Under the pieces are notes generated by a model. That model had not been told where the DNA came from, searched no databases, and was given only the letters and a program-made list of their open reading frames with translations. Of a stretch of DNA of 64,000 nt, positions 18,318 through 28,422 are shown in pieces (the stretch's first letter is position 1; each line of letters begins with the position of its first letter). A program made the translations under genes and the position numbers. Source of the DNA: a virus (taxonomy: Duplodnaviria; Caudoviricetes); IMG/VR virus record IMGVR_UViG_3300032030_000033, positions 1 to 64,000 of that record; one strand, 5' to 3'.

Positions 18318-19616
18318 TTAATAATCAAAAAAATTAGTTTCTTCTGTTACAACAGAAGCGTGAACTTTTAATTTGTTTACTATATCTGCATGCTTTTTAT
18401 CTTTGTAAGCTTTCTTTGTGTAGCCAACATATGGAGAATTAGGAAGTGCTATACCACCTTTCGCTGTTGTAAATAAATCATTTTGTGGAACTTGGTAATA
18501 GTTTCCACCAATATAAACAACTGGTTTTGTAGCTGCATTATTGCTGTTATGTGCACCAACACCATTTCCTTGTGAGTTTCCTCTTGAACCACGGAATACA
18601 ATTTCAATTTGACCTGCTTGTGGTTTTTTCTCAGTTGTCCATTTCTTTACCAATTCTTTAACATTTTTACAACCTTCTACTGGGCGTTCTGTCATTGTTG
18701 GAATATTTACTGCTTCGAGTTTTGCTTTTGAAGCCATATCCTGGAAAGTATTTGTATATCTACTTGAAACAGTTTCTCCCTTTGCTTTTCTTTCGGCATT
18801 TTCTTTATCTATCAACTGTTTAATAGAAGTTCCTTCTGGCTCTTCTCCTTTTCTTATTTTATCTCTAAGTCTTTCAGAAGCAGATGCAATTTCTTTCATT
18901 TTTGCATATGAAGCATCTTCTACTTCTTTATCTGCTTTTTTAAGTTTTGGGTCTCTTTTATCTTCACCATTTTCACCATGAACATTTGCCAACCAAGCGG
19001 CTTTATCTGTTCCATGTGGTGTGTTAAGTGGAACTGGGCTATCTGAGTCTTTGATATATTTGTCAAGCCCAAATCTCTTAGTGTTAAGAACAACATCTCT
19101 AACTGTGCTATTTCTTTCTACTTCATCTTCAAGGTCAATGTTCTGCTTACAATCTTTTACAAACTCTCTATAATAGTTAAGAGCACCAGAATTAACAGCT
19201 TTTGCTGCTGCAACTTCCTTAATTTTATTTGAAAGTTCGCTTGCGGCTTTATTAACTGCTGCTGGAACATTCTTTTCATTCATATCATGTCCATCTTCTG
19301 TTTGACAAGAGAGTGCTCTTTCTACTTTAAGAACTGCCAGTGCAAGCTCTCTTCTAAGTGTTTTTACTTTATCATATCTTGCAGCAATATCGCCAATAGT
19401 TGTGACTCCGCCTACTTTATCATAATCACTAACACGCTTAATATCTCTTGAATCAGCTGCCGCTCCTTTGTGTGCATCTTTTCTCGCCTGCTCTGCAGCA
19501 AATCTTGCAGCGACTGGGTTTGCCTTTGGTCTTGGATTTTCTCTTGCAAATTTTGCCAAGTCTCTATATGTTTGTGGGTCTTCTTTAACCGCTTCAAAAA
19601 TTAAGTCAATATTCAT
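18318..19616 (-). CDS. Basic, Ala/Lys-rich putative internal head protein; C-terminal FFDY tag
   Basis: Ends SVVTEETNFFDY; late motif at 19641-19647 plus AGGAG SD. Confidence 0.55.
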   Translation of the reverse strand: MNIDLIFEAVKEDPQTYRDLAKFARENPRPKANPVAARFAAEQARKDAHKGAAADSRDIKRVSDYDKVGGVTTIGDIAARYDKVKTLRRELALAVLKVERALSCQTEDGHDMNEKNVPAAVNKAASELSNKIKEVAAAKAVNSGALNYYREFVKDCKQNIDLEDEVERNSTVRDVVLNTKRFGLDKYIKDSDSPVPLNTPHGTDKAAWLANVHGENGEDKRDPKLKKADKEVEDASYAKMKEIASASERLRDKIRKGEEPEGTSIKQLIDKENAERKAKGETVSSRYTNTFQDMASKAKLEAVNIPTMTERPVEGCKNVKELVKKWTTEKKPQAGQIEIVFRGSRGNSQGNGVGAHNSNNAATKPVVYIGGNYYQVPQNDLFTTAKGGIALPNSPYVGYTKKAYKDKKHADIVNKLKVHASVVTEETNFFDY

Positions 19617-19640
19617 TATTAATTCTCCTACTTATACAAT

Positions 19641-21569
19641 TTAACTTATGAGCCAAGAGTAAATACTTAAGGCGTCGTCCTCGAATGGTGTATTTATCAA
19701 ACCAAGATTTTCTTTAATTTTATCCATGGCCATTTCTTTCTTGTCCTCATAGGCACTGTCATATTCTTCATTATATCCACCAATAGAAATTTCTTTACCT
19801 TTATCATCTATAAAAGCAACTTTTTTATTATTTCCGTCTTTTGGTATAATTTGCCTAATTTTTGGTATATTATAAAGCAAAATAGCCATAGCCATTATAT
19901 CATCGTCATGCGAACCTTCCGTATGGTCTGGTCTTCCACCAGCCCAAACCCAAGTTTTCATTTGGTCAACAAGACGTTGAGAATGTGGATGGAATAGTGG
20001 CCAATAATCATCATCAGACATATAATCAATAAAGCAATCAGTAATCATTTCACGAGATTTTACTGTTGTCATCCAGCCAGTCCAAACCATAGTTTTATCG
20101 TGCTTATTGATTTTTTTCATTTTATACATATTTTCATAATTATAGCTGTAATATAATTCATTAAATACAGCTTCTCCAATGGAGTTGCATTCTACATAAA
20201 CATATGCATGATTATAAAATTTTGCAAGGTCGTGCACTAATCTCGAAGCCTCTTTTGTAGAAATTCTACCAAGGTATTCTGCAACCTGTTCGCCGCTATC
20301 TATATCAATTACTTGTATAGAAGTAGAGTCATCTGCTGTTCCTTTTGCAACGTCCATACCAACCCCATATCTGTGTCCCTTTTCTGGCAACAACCAATAC
20401 CATAACCCCTTCCAGTTTCTTGTTCCGAGATCTCCTTCTTTTACAGGGTTTAAAACTTTTTCTTGAACCTTTTCCAAAACTGTTTTTGAGAATACGGAGT
20501 TTCCCATTACAACGAAGTCTTGAAGGATTTCCTGACGGTATTTTACTTCACCAGAAGTTTTAAACTGATAAGCAAGCCAAGGGTTTTCTTTTGGTTTTTC
20601 TGCAATTGGTTTAAAGAATTCTTCTGCTTCTTTTTTTACAGCAGGATTATTCCAATAATCTCTATCTTCAAAATACTTTAATTTATCATTATAGCCTTTA
20701 TGTGGTGTAATTGTAGGGTAATCTGGACACATCCACCACTGAACATCATAAAGAACTGCCTCTGTCATTGGGTCATACCCACCGCAATTCTTTAATTCTT
20801 GAACCTGTTCGTAATAAAGTTGTCCTTCGCCAGTTGTTCCATTTGGTGTAGAAACTATAAATATAGGAGCACCCGTTTTAGCTGCAGATGGTACAACTGA
20901 AGAAACAATACCTTCGGCAATACCTTTTGTCTGATAGAAAGCAAACTCATCAAGTAAAAGTATAGTAGGTGAAGTACCACGACCAGCAGACTTAGATCTT
21001 GCAAATGTATCTATTTTTGATTTATTATTAAACTTACATCCTTTTTGATTATTTATAACATCTTTTACCCCAAGCCAAAAAGGGATGTTTTTAAAGTTGT
21101 CTTTAATTTTTTCATAAACATCTGTAGAAGATTTACCGTCTTTAGATATTACAACTCCCCATTGAGAATCAAAGAAAACAATTCTCCAAAAGAAAATCAA
21201 AGCCATAAGTGTAGATAAACCAGTCTGTCTTGATTTTGTTAAAACTACTTTTTTATGAAAAATAAAATCTTTTAAAATTTCTTTTTGATAATAGTATAGA
21301 TTACTTCCAGGAAGCTCACCAACGCCTGGGAGTGTAAATGAACAATACTTTGAAATAAAATAATATGGCGATTTTTTACATAAATATGTTTCTATACCAA
21401 CATCTATTAATTCTGAGGTTTTATCATAATAAACAGTTTCTACAAATTGATTTTTTGCATGCTTTAAACAATCATTAAAAGTAACATAAGTATTTTTGTC
21501 TTTCTTTATTTCGTAGTCTTTTATTTTTTTTAAAATAGACTCTTTAAATTTCCTTTCTTTTTCTGTCAT
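19641..21569 (-). CDS. terL: Large terminase subunit (T4 gp17-like)
   Basis: KSRQTGLST Walker A, LLLDEFAF Walker B, STPNG, GMDVAKG..DDS, VECNSIG, HDDDIMA nuclease motifs. Confidence 0.95.
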   Translation of the reverse strand: MTEKERKFKESILKKIKDYEIKKDKNTYVTFNDCLKHAKNQFVETVYYDKTSELIDVGIETYLCKKSPYYFISKYCSFTLPGVGELPGSNLYYYQKEILKDFIFHKKVVLTKSRQTGLSTLMALIFFWRIVFFDSQWGVVISKDGKSSTDVYEKIKDNFKNIPFWLGVKDVINNQKGCKFNNKSKIDTFARSKSAGRGTSPTILLLDEFAFYQTKGIAEGIVSSVVPSAAKTGAPIFIVSTPNGTTGEGQLYYEQVQELKNCGGYDPMTEAVLYDVQWWMCPDYPTITPHKGYNDKLKYFEDRDYWNNPAVKKEAEEFFKPIAEKPKENPWLAYQFKTSGEVKYRQEILQDFVVMGNSVFSKTVLEKVQEKVLNPVKEGDLGTRNWKGLWYWLLPEKGHRYGVGMDVAKGTADDSTSIQVIDIDSGEQVAEYLGRISTKEASRLVHDLAKFYNHAYVYVECNSIGEAVFNELYYSYNYENMYKMKKINKHDKTMVWTGWMTTVKSREMITDCFIDYMSDDDYWPLFHPHSQRLVDQMKTWVWAGGRPDHTEGSHDDDIMAMAILLYNIPKIRQIIPKDGNNKKVAFIDDKGKEISIGGYNEEYDSAYEDKKEMAMDKIKENLGLINTPFEDDALSIYSWLIS

Positions 21570-21573
21570 ATAA

Positions 21574-21580
21574 TTAACTT
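21574..21580 (-). promoter_or_regulatory. Putative late promoter AAGTTAA for large terminase (leaderless)
   Basis: AAGTTAA-TTAT-ATG right after a terminator. Confidence 0.7.
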
Positions 21581-21585
21581 AAAAC

Positions 21586-21610
21586 AAAAAGCCCGTCTAT
21601 TAGACGGGCT
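21586..21610 (-). terminator. Rho-independent terminator
   Basis: AGCCCGTCTA-T-TAGACGGGCT with T tract on the minus strand. Confidence 0.8.
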
Positions 21611-21630
21611 GTAATTAGCAATTTTAATTA

Positions 21631-22716
21631 TTAATAGTTGAAGTAATTTACTTCTTCATTAACTGTTTCATTAGTTGCTTCTTTAGCGGCTTTTTTAGCT
21701 GCTCTGTATTCCTCTAAAGAAATCTTTCCTTTTTCGTAAAGTTCTTTAAGCTCTTCTTTAGATTTATTGGCAAATTTTTTAACAGCAGGCACTGCCTTTT
21801 TATAACCAGACTGTGCAGCGTTTCCAACTGCTTTGCCAGCTTCTTTTGTAGCATTTCCAACTGCTTTGCCAGCTTCTTTTGTAGCATTTCCAAAACTAAT
21901 GCCAGTTTCTCTTGTTTTTCTAGCTATTTCATTCTGTTTAGCATTAATTTCATCCTTTTTCATCTGATATTCTTGTGCTGCCTGTTTTCTAGCATCACTT
22001 TGTGCTTTAGCGTTTCTTACACCACCAACAACACCAGGAGCAGCCGCTAAAATTCCACCAGCAGCAACTCCAAGTGCTGCTTTTTTTAAACCATTAACGA
22101 ATTTTTTAGGGCCACCATTTTCCAATAAATATTGTGCTGTATCTTCTAACAAACATTTAAGTTCTTCGTTATCCATGCTTATACTCTCCATTATATAATT
22201 AACTTCTTCTTCGCTAAAATTTTCATCCAGATATGCTTTGATATGTTTAGTAGCAGGATGGTTATTCCAAGCTTTTACAAAACTTGTAGAAAGGTTTCCT
22301 TTACTGGCTCTTTCTTTTTCTTTTTTTGCTCTATATTCATTCGCTGCTTTTAGCCAAGCTTCCATATTTTCTTGACTGTTATAATCTGCAGCTGCCGAAC
22401 CTCTTGTTTGATGTTTAGCAGCCTGTGCTGCAATTGCTTTTTCTTTTGCTTTCTTTTCTTCTTCATCTTTTATTTTTTGAAATACTACTTCTCTTTTTTG
22501 TAAATTGCTTGGGTCATTTGCAATTTTATAAGCTGCATTTTTTGATAGACTTCCCATGCCAGCTCTAGCTAATCTTGTAGAAATCTGTCTTTCTGTAATT
22601 TTACCAGCAACATATAAATCAGTAAGCTCTTTTTTTAAATCTTCCCAATCCTCTTCTATAAGTTGATCATGCTTAAACCCTTCAGATAAAAGCTGGCATT
22701 TCATAAAATAGTTCAT
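21631..22716 (-). CDS. Putative internal head protein with Gly/Ala hydrophobic segment; C-terminal YFNY tag
   Basis: LLSE, LIEE, LLED, LLEN sites; ALGVAAGGILAAAPGVVGGV; ends VNEEVNYFNY. Confidence 0.55.
   Translation of the reverse strand: MNYFMKCQLLSEGFKHDQLIEEDWEDLKKELTDLYVAGKITERQISTRLARAGMGSLSKNAAYKIANDPSNLQKREVVFQKIKDEEEKKAKEKAIAAQAAKHQTRGSAAADYNSQENMEAWLKAANEYRAKKEKERASKGNLSTSFVKAWNNHPATKHIKAYLDENFSEEEVNYIMESISMDNEELKCLLEDTAQYLLENGGPKKFVNGLKKAALGVAAGGILAAAPGVVGGVRNAKAQSDARKQAAQEYQMKKDEINAKQNEIARKTRETGISFGNATKEAGKAVGNATKEAGKAVGNAAQSGYKKAVPAVKKFANKSKEELKELYEKGKISLEEYRAAKKAAKEATNETVNEEVNYFNY
21821..21893. repeat. Perfect 33-bp in-frame tandem repeat (GNATKEAGKAV x2)
   Basis: tttccaactgctttgccagcttcttttgtagca twice plus partial. 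Confidence 0.85.
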
Positions 22717-23372
22717 TAGTTGTTCTCCTTATTTGCTTTTTTTGCTGCTAAAATAGCGCTATGTATATTGCTAAGCTGCTTGTGAAAAATGTTATAAGCG
22801 TTTTTATCAGCAGCAACTCCTGGCCCTTGCATTTCATCTTCATGCATTGTTATATTAGCTTCCCAAGCCCACTTTTCAGCTTCTTTTATGTTTCCTTCTT
22901 TAAGTGCTTTTCTCGCCTTAATCAAATAATTATTAACACATTTATAATTAATTGCTGGTGGATATTTTGCGTGATGAGAACCCTCTACAATAGTTTCCTC
23001 TGATACAACTTTCTTATAAAGATTATTGCTATATCCTTTATTTGGTTTTGATCTAGCCAAATAAGTTTGAATCCCCCAAGTATTTCTGTATTCTTTTTCT
23101 GCTTCTTTTATATCAAGAGCATATGCTAACAATTCTCTTATGTCAGCAAAACCTTTGCCAGCATATTTTGGCTCATTTGTTCTGAAATCTCTTTCTTCAT
23201 CGTCAAACCAAAATTTGTATCCGCCAGCTCTTAAATAGCCATCATTCTGATAATTACTTAAATCAAAATCAATTCCATATTTTTTTAAAAATGGTTTTGC
23301 TTTAAGCATTATATCTCTTTGTAAAGCTGGTTTTCCTTCTAATAATATCCTTAAAAATTTTTCTGTAATCAT
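22716..23372 (-). CDS. Putative internal head protein
   Basis: MITEKFLRILLE-G propeptide-like start; internal VVSEETIVE-G; late motif 23392-23398. Confidence 0.5.
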   Translation of the reverse strand: MITEKFLRILLEGKPALQRDIMLKAKPFLKKYGIDFDLSNYQNDGYLRAGGYKFWFDDEERDFRTNEPKYAGKGFADIRELLAYALDIKEAEKEYRNTWGIQTYLARSKPNKGYSNNLYKKVVSEETIVEGSHHAKYPPAINYKCVNNYLIKARKALKEGNIKEAEKWAWEANITMHEDEMQGPGVAADKNAYNIFHKQLSNIHSAILAAKKANKENN

Positions 23373-23397
23373 ATTTTATTTGTCCTCTTTGTTAACT

Positions 23398-23862
23398 TTA
23401 ATAATTGAAGTAATTTACTTTTTTATTTTCAGTTAATTCCTCTAATACATCCTCGGTAATTGTAGAAGCTTGAATTTTTTCTCTAAATTTCTGAACAAAT
23501 GTTTTTTGTGCTGTTGGCGTTGCGGCATTTACAATTTCTTTTGGTATTACAAATCCACCACCATCATCATAATTAATCTGACAAGAGCCATCAGCTTTAA
23601 ATACTAAATCTGTAGTTCTAAAACTCTGTTTAGTTGCAACCTTGTCCCAAACACCTTTCTTTTTAAGATAGTTTACAACATTTGCAACACTACCTTTTGT
23701 ATTTTCTCTACGGGTTGCCAAATCTGCCGTCTTTGTATAAAGTTCATCTTTGGCTCCAGTTTTATCATAAGTAGTTCTCTGTTTGAGAGCATCAGTAACG
23801 GCCAAAGATTGTCCGTTTCCAAATTCTACATTTACTTCATTTAATATATCGTTAACTGTCAT
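23398..23862 (-). CDS. Putative internal head protein; C-terminal YFNY tag
   Basis: MTVNDILNE start; ends ITEDVLEELTENKKVNYFNY; leaderless late motif. Confidence 0.55.
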   Translation of the reverse strand: MTVNDILNEVNVEFGNGQSLAVTDALKQRTTYDKTGAKDELYTKTADLATRRENTKGSVANVVNYLKKKGVWDKVATKQSFRTTDLVFKADGSCQINYDDGGGFVIPKEIVNAATPTAQKTFVQKFREKIQASTITEDVLEELTENKKVNYFNY

Positions 23863-23880
23863 ACAATTAACTTAAACAAT

Positions 23881-23901
23881 AAAACCCGCTAATTAGCGGG
23901 T
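23881..23901 (-). terminator. Rho-independent terminator
   Basis: ACCCGCTAATTAGCGGGT palindrome with T tract on the minus strand. Confidence 0.75.
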
Positions 23902-23911
23902 AAGTAGTGTT

Positions 23912-24556
23912 TTATTTATTAGCAACAATTACTTGTAAATTAGGAATTTTTAAACTTTTAACAAAATTACAATTTTTAAGATCGTCGTCCAAAAATTTTG
24001 CTTTTGTATATTGCTTACATATATTTTTAATTACGTTTGCTTTCTTTTCTGGATCTGTAGCTCCAGGGTATGCTTTAATTTCATCATTTACCGCAGCGGA
24101 AATTTCTGATTTTAGTCTATCACCAATTGATTGAAGATTGCCATCTTTATCTCTATATTTTAAAAATACTTTTAATGCTTTATCTACAACATCTTGTAAA
24201 CCTCTAGCAGTACAAAAACAAATGTCCCAATTTGCACGAACGTGTGCATCTAATAATTTTAAATTTTTAAGCATTGGTGAAGCATTTACTATTGAATTAT
24301 AAACTTTTTCAGGGTCTCTAAATTCTTTATAATTAAACCATTCTTTATGAGTAGCAGCATCTGGATCTTTAGCAAATTGATCAGTTGTTAATCTAATTGG
24401 TTTTTCGCCTGGCTTTTCTTTCCATATACCAATCAAAGAACCATCAGCTTTTAACAAACAATCATCTAGATCGCAGATTAATACACCTTTGCCATTCTTT
24501 ACTTCATGCACGCTTTCTATTATATTTACCACTTCTTCAAATTTCATATAACTCAT
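23912..24556 (-). CDS. HAD-superfamily phosphatase-like protein with CTS-like N-terminus
   Basis: LICDLDDCL (motif I), FCTARG (II), KK (III), FLDDD..N (IV); MKFEEVVNIIES leader. Confidence 0.75.
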   Translation of the reverse strand: MSYMKFEEVVNIIESVHEVKNGKGVLICDLDDCLLKADGSLIGIWKEKPGEKPIRLTTDQFAKDPDAATHKEWFNYKEFRDPEKVYNSIVNASPMLKNLKLLDAHVRANWDICFCTARGLQDVVDKALKVFLKYRDKDGNLQSIGDRLKSEISAAVNDEIKAYPGATDPEKKANVIKNICKQYTKAKFLDDDLKNCNFVKSLKIPNLQVIVANK

Positions 24557-24581
24557 TCCTTGTTATGTAATTAACTTAATC

Positions 24582-24962
24582 TTAATAAGGGAAATAATCC
24601 TCTTTGATTAAATCATTGTTGTTCACGACAACTGTATCTGCCGTAAAATAATCAGCCATTTTTGAATCTTTTGCTGGTGTAAAATGATTAAAAACTTTTG
24701 CATTTGGACCCATATCTACAACATTTTTAAAAACAATAACATCAAAATCTTTATATTTTCTTGCAAGTTCATCAGTATTAATTTTCCTCCAAGATAACCC
24801 CTTGCAATTAATTATTTTAACATTATCTGTTTCTATTTCTTTTTTTATTACATTATCGGAATAACTTAAAGCAACCAGTTTAGAAGTTGAAAACCACAAA
24901 CCAGTTCCGTAAGTTTTAGTTTGATGATAGTTTCTAATTCCTCTATATAAAGTTAGTTTCAT
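24582..24962 (-). CDS. ADP-ribosyltransferase-fold protein; C-terminal YFPY tag
   Basis: TLYRG...GLWFSTSKLVALSY...DVIVFKNVVD..VVV pattern of phage polyvalent-type ART domains. Confidence 0.6.
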   Translation of the reverse strand: MKLTLYRGIRNYHQTKTYGTGLWFSTSKLVALSYSDNVIKKEIETDNVKIINCKGLSWRKINTDELARKYKDFDVIVFKNVVDMGPNAKVFNHFTPAKDSKMADYFTADTVVVNNNDLIKEDYFPY

Positions 24963-25768
24963 TATTTACTCCCAAACTTTAAATTATAATTTCTAATTAT
25001 TTCTGATTGTGAAATTGAATCAGAACCAAGAGCCATTCCAGCTTCTGGATAATTAACTGTCATTAATCTTTTCCAGAGTTCTCTCTTTCCTATATTTGAT
25101 TTGATATAATACTTACTTGCTTCTGAAAAATGAGTATCGTCTTTTGGAATTAATCTTCCTACCTTATAACCTTTTCTAAGAATAGCAAAATCTGCAGCTT
25201 CTCTATCTCTTGTAAAATTAAAATCGTTTGTAATTGGTTTTTCTGCTCTAACTCTTTCTTTATTCTTAACGTCAAAAATGAAGAAATTACAACTTATATC
25301 TACTGGTGTAACTCCTTTAATAAGGAAAGAGTTTTTTGGTAATTCCACAACTCTTCTAAGATGAACGTTTTTATCAAGTCTGTTTATAAATGTTTCTTTC
25401 TGGCAAGATTTAGGAAGAATAAAGGCAATAGTTCTTGCAAACTTTGCGGCGTTATTAATAAACTTTAAACTTAAATCATTTGCGTGTCCAAATGGCGGAT
25501 TACCAATAACGAGTATATTTCCTTTATCTGTGCTGAATTTTAAAAAATCTTGTTTTTTAATAGACTTATCTTCTGGCATTAAATCATAAGCTTCGCAATT
25601 TGGTATTTGAGAAGAAAAAGCGCCAGAGCCAGCAGATGGCTCAATAATTCTATCATAAGATTTTATATTGCATTTAGAAATGCACATCTTTGCTACTTCT
25701 GGTTTTGTATATATTTTGTCAAAATCTATATTTTTTTGTTCGTTTAAAAGTAAATCCTCAAAGTTCAT
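24962..25768 (-). CDS. Amino (N6-A/N4-C) DNA methyltransferase, gamma-type motif order
   Basis: IYTKPEV, IIEPSAGSGAF (motif I), VIGNPPFG (motif IV), AFILP. Confidence 0.85.
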   Translation of the reverse strand: MNFEDLLLNEQKNIDFDKIYTKPEVAKMCISKCNIKSYDRIIEPSAGSGAFSSQIPNCEAYDLMPEDKSIKKQDFLKFSTDKGNILVIGNPPFGHANDLSLKFINNAAKFARTIAFILPKSCQKETFINRLDKNVHLRRVVELPKNSFLIKGVTPVDISCNFFIFDVKNKERVRAEKPITNDFNFTRDREAADFAILRKGYKVGRLIPKDDTHFSEASKYYIKSNIGKRELWKRLMTVNYPEAGMALGSDSISQSEIIRNYNLKFGSK

Positions 25769-25804
25769 ATAATTAACTTTTTAGATTAATCTGGTAATAA
25801 TATA

Positions 25805-26359
25805 CTATTTTACTTCTTGAATTCTTTCTTTTATTTTTTGTTTAATTTCTCTTGAACCAAATTTATAAGAATTAGTGTCGCTATAGCTTTTCTTTTTTAA
25901 AACCATACTTTCATCATGAAAACTTATAATACTAAACTGCTTTGTTTTTACATCATCTTTTATTTTTATATATGGTTTTCCTTCAAAGCTTCTATATTCA
26001 ATAATGTAATTTCCTGTTTGTGGTTCTTGAGATATTTTTGGTTTTTCTCTGTTTGAACAAATTTCATACAAGTTTTCTTTTAACCATTTTCTACATGGTG
26101 CTAATTTTACATTAAGTTCTTTTTGTGCTTTATTTCTTTCGGAAAAATCTTTTGACATTGTAGCAGTTTCAATAAGTGGTAGTAATTCTTCATGACCGCT
26201 AACTTTTGCTAAATAAGAAACACTATCTTTTTTTGTAAGTGGTAAATCAACAAAAAAGTCTCCATTGTGTAGGTAACCCATCATCGTTCTTGTTAAAAAT
26301 GTATATTGTTTTCCACCAACATATTCTGCATTTGTTTTTACTACTGCTTCAAATAACAT
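25805..26359 (-). CDS. Hypothetical protein (possible toxin-like nuclease fold)
   Basis: GGAGGAG SD; PYIKIK...IISFH C-terminal pattern loosely like RelE/MqsR-fold proteins. Confidence 0.5.
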   Translation of the reverse strand: MLFEAVVKTNAEYVGGKQYTFLTRTMMGYLHNGDFFVDLPLTKKDSVSYLAKVSGHEELLPLIETATMSKDFSERNKAQKELNVKLAPCRKWLKENLYEICSNREKPKISQEPQTGNYIIEYRSFEGKPYIKIKDDVKTKQFSIISFHDESMVLKKKSYSDTNSYKFGSREIKQKIKERIQEVK

Positions 26360-26375
26360 AGCTCCTCCAAGGTTT

Positions 26376-28418
26376 TTAATAATTAAAGTATTTTACTTCC
26401 TCATACAAATCTGGTCTGTGAGTTGCTTGATTAATTGATTTCATGACATGAACTGGGAATCTTGTTCCAGGTTTTTCATTATCAAGATGTGTTAATCTAT
26501 GCGCCATATCTTTTCCGACTGTGTTTTCGAGCTGCTGTTTTGTTAATGTTTTGCCTCTGTTTTCTTTTTGGCTTTGGGCTTCTTGCTCAATTTTTCTTTG
26601 CATGTTTAATTTTCTATAATCTGGGTCTTTAATAAATTCTTTTTGAATTTCGATAGCAATTTTTTTACAAAACTCAAACTCTTCTTTTGAAAGTTTTAAA
26701 CAACCATAATTACCATAGCCAGTTATCAAAATAGCAGCATTCGCTTTATTCCAAGTAACTGTATCAGTAGCTTTAAGATTAGTTTCACCATCCAAGTGTT
26801 TAAAAATTACCGTAACACTTGAATTTCTCATATTAGGTGATAGTTCTTTTTCTAGCTCTCTTGTTGGGATAAGACTCAAATCTTTTACTAAGGTTTTACC
26901 ATACAATGCCTTAGTTCCCCACTCTCCAGTTCTTCCAAAATATGGAATATGAACGGCATTTAATCCTTTAAACAATTTAGATTTTCCAAAGTCTAATCTA
27001 GAGTTTATATTATCAACAAGTTTATCATGGTCTTCTTGTGATATATTTTCTGATTTAGTATTATATCTCTTCATCAAGCCATTTTTTCTATCTATGGCCA
27101 TTTCAGCTCTTTCTCTGCTTTTTGTTACACCGAAATCTTTTTGAGCAACTCTATATACATCATATTTTTCATCAGGAGTTAAGTCTTGAAATTTTTTAGT
27201 TTCCAAGATAGTTCCATCTACAAATGATTTTCCTTCTTTACCTAAAGTCTGTAAAACCATTAAGGCATCTTCTTTACCTTTTATAAAGTAAGCTGTTGCT
27301 TTATGTCTTTTAACATATTTTGTAGATACTTCTATTGGTTTTTTGCTTGTAAAATAATCAGAGAAAGAATCTCTAAAACTATCATAAGAAAAATTCAAAA
27401 TATCTTTTTTACAAATATTGTTATCTAGTTGTACTGTTGGGCCATATTTAAAATCACCTGGGCCAATTCCAACGTTATCTGTTTTTAAATAACCTTTCTT
27501 TTCTGGCGCACTAAGTGCTTTATTTCTTGATGTTTTATAATCTAACAGTGTTCTGCCATTTTTTGGATGTTTGATTAATTTTAAAAGATTGTCTGGGATT
27601 GGGTTTAAATCTCCAGTTGTAATTTTATCTCCCTTTTCATCATTTTGATCAAGGAATTCTACGCTATATTCTGTAAATGCAAGCTGATAAGATTTTCCAC
27701 TTTTCATATTTCTAATAATATAAAGTGGTCCAAATTGTGTATAATGATTATAATAATAATTATCGCATCTTGTACACCATTCGGTTGGTGTTTCTTTACC
27801 ATTTTTGATGTAAAAGGCTGCAGCCTTTTCTCCTTGAAATGAAGTTGGCTGTAAGAGTCTCCAAGTGCCGTCATTATAGAGGACTTTTACGTCTTGCATT
27901 TCTCCGCTTCCTTTTGATTTCTTTCCGTGATTTTCCTGTTCTCTTTGAATGTCTTTCTCTAATTCGTGTAATGTATCAATGCTTGCGGAGTCCCAGCTTC
28001 TTCTTTCCATTAAAGATTGGAAAGCTGGCATTTCTTTTACCCAAGGTTTTTTATAAGATTTAAGAATTTCATAAAAACCATCTGACTTTATAACATCAGA
28101 AAATAAACTATCTTCTGGATAATAATCTTCATAATCATCGTCATCATCGTCATCATCATTATTTAAGCAGTCTGTTTTTGATAATAACAATTGAACCCCA
28201 TAAGTTGTTTCTTTAACACCTAATTGTTCACATTTTTCAAAAAAGTGTTTTAATGTCTTCTTTAAAGAATTAGGATTTTTTTCTATTGCGGCTTTAAATG
28301 AGTTATTTACTTTTACACCAACTTGATTTGCTTTGATTGCTGACATTACTTCGTCAGCATTTGAAAAATTATATCCTTCTGTAAGTAATCTTCTATGTTT
28401 ATAAAGTATGCTGTCCAT
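26376..28418 (-). CDS. Large putative injected head protein; C-terminal YFNY tag
   Basis: LLTE-G propeptide; poly-Asp run; TEWCTR..YYNHY..GPLYII domain of a type common in large phages; ends LYEEVKYFNY. Confidence 0.55.
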   Translation of the reverse strand: MDSILYKHRRLLTEGYNFSNADEVMSAIKANQVGVKVNNSFKAAIEKNPNSLKKTLKHFFEKCEQLGVKETTYGVQLLLSKTDCLNNDDDDDDDDYEDYYPEDSLFSDVIKSDGFYEILKSYKKPWVKEMPAFQSLMERRSWDSASIDTLHELEKDIQREQENHGKKSKGSGEMQDVKVLYNDGTWRLLQPTSFQGEKAAAFYIKNGKETPTEWCTRCDNYYYNHYTQFGPLYIIRNMKSGKSYQLAFTEYSVEFLDQNDEKGDKITTGDLNPIPDNLLKLIKHPKNGRTLLDYKTSRNKALSAPEKKGYLKTDNVGIGPGDFKYGPTVQLDNNICKKDILNFSYDSFRDSFSDYFTSKKPIEVSTKYVKRHKATAYFIKGKEDALMVLQTLGKEGKSFVDGTILETKKFQDLTPDEKYDVYRVAQKDFGVTKSRERAEMAIDRKNGLMKRYNTKSENISQEDHDKLVDNINSRLDFGKSKLFKGLNAVHIPYFGRTGEWGTKALYGKTLVKDLSLIPTRELEKELSPNMRNSSVTVIFKHLDGETNLKATDTVTWNKANAAILITGYGNYGCLKLSKEEFEFCKKIAIEIQKEFIKDPDYRKLNMQRKIEQEAQSQKENRGKTLTKQQLENTVGKDMAHRLTHLDNEKPGTRFPVHVMKSINQATHRPDLYEEVKYFNY

Positions 28419-28422
28419 AGAA

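Noticed and set aside
19641-21569. Intron or intein in terminase, portal or helicase
   Set aside because: Reading frames continuous, sizes ordinary, no intein C...HN motif seen
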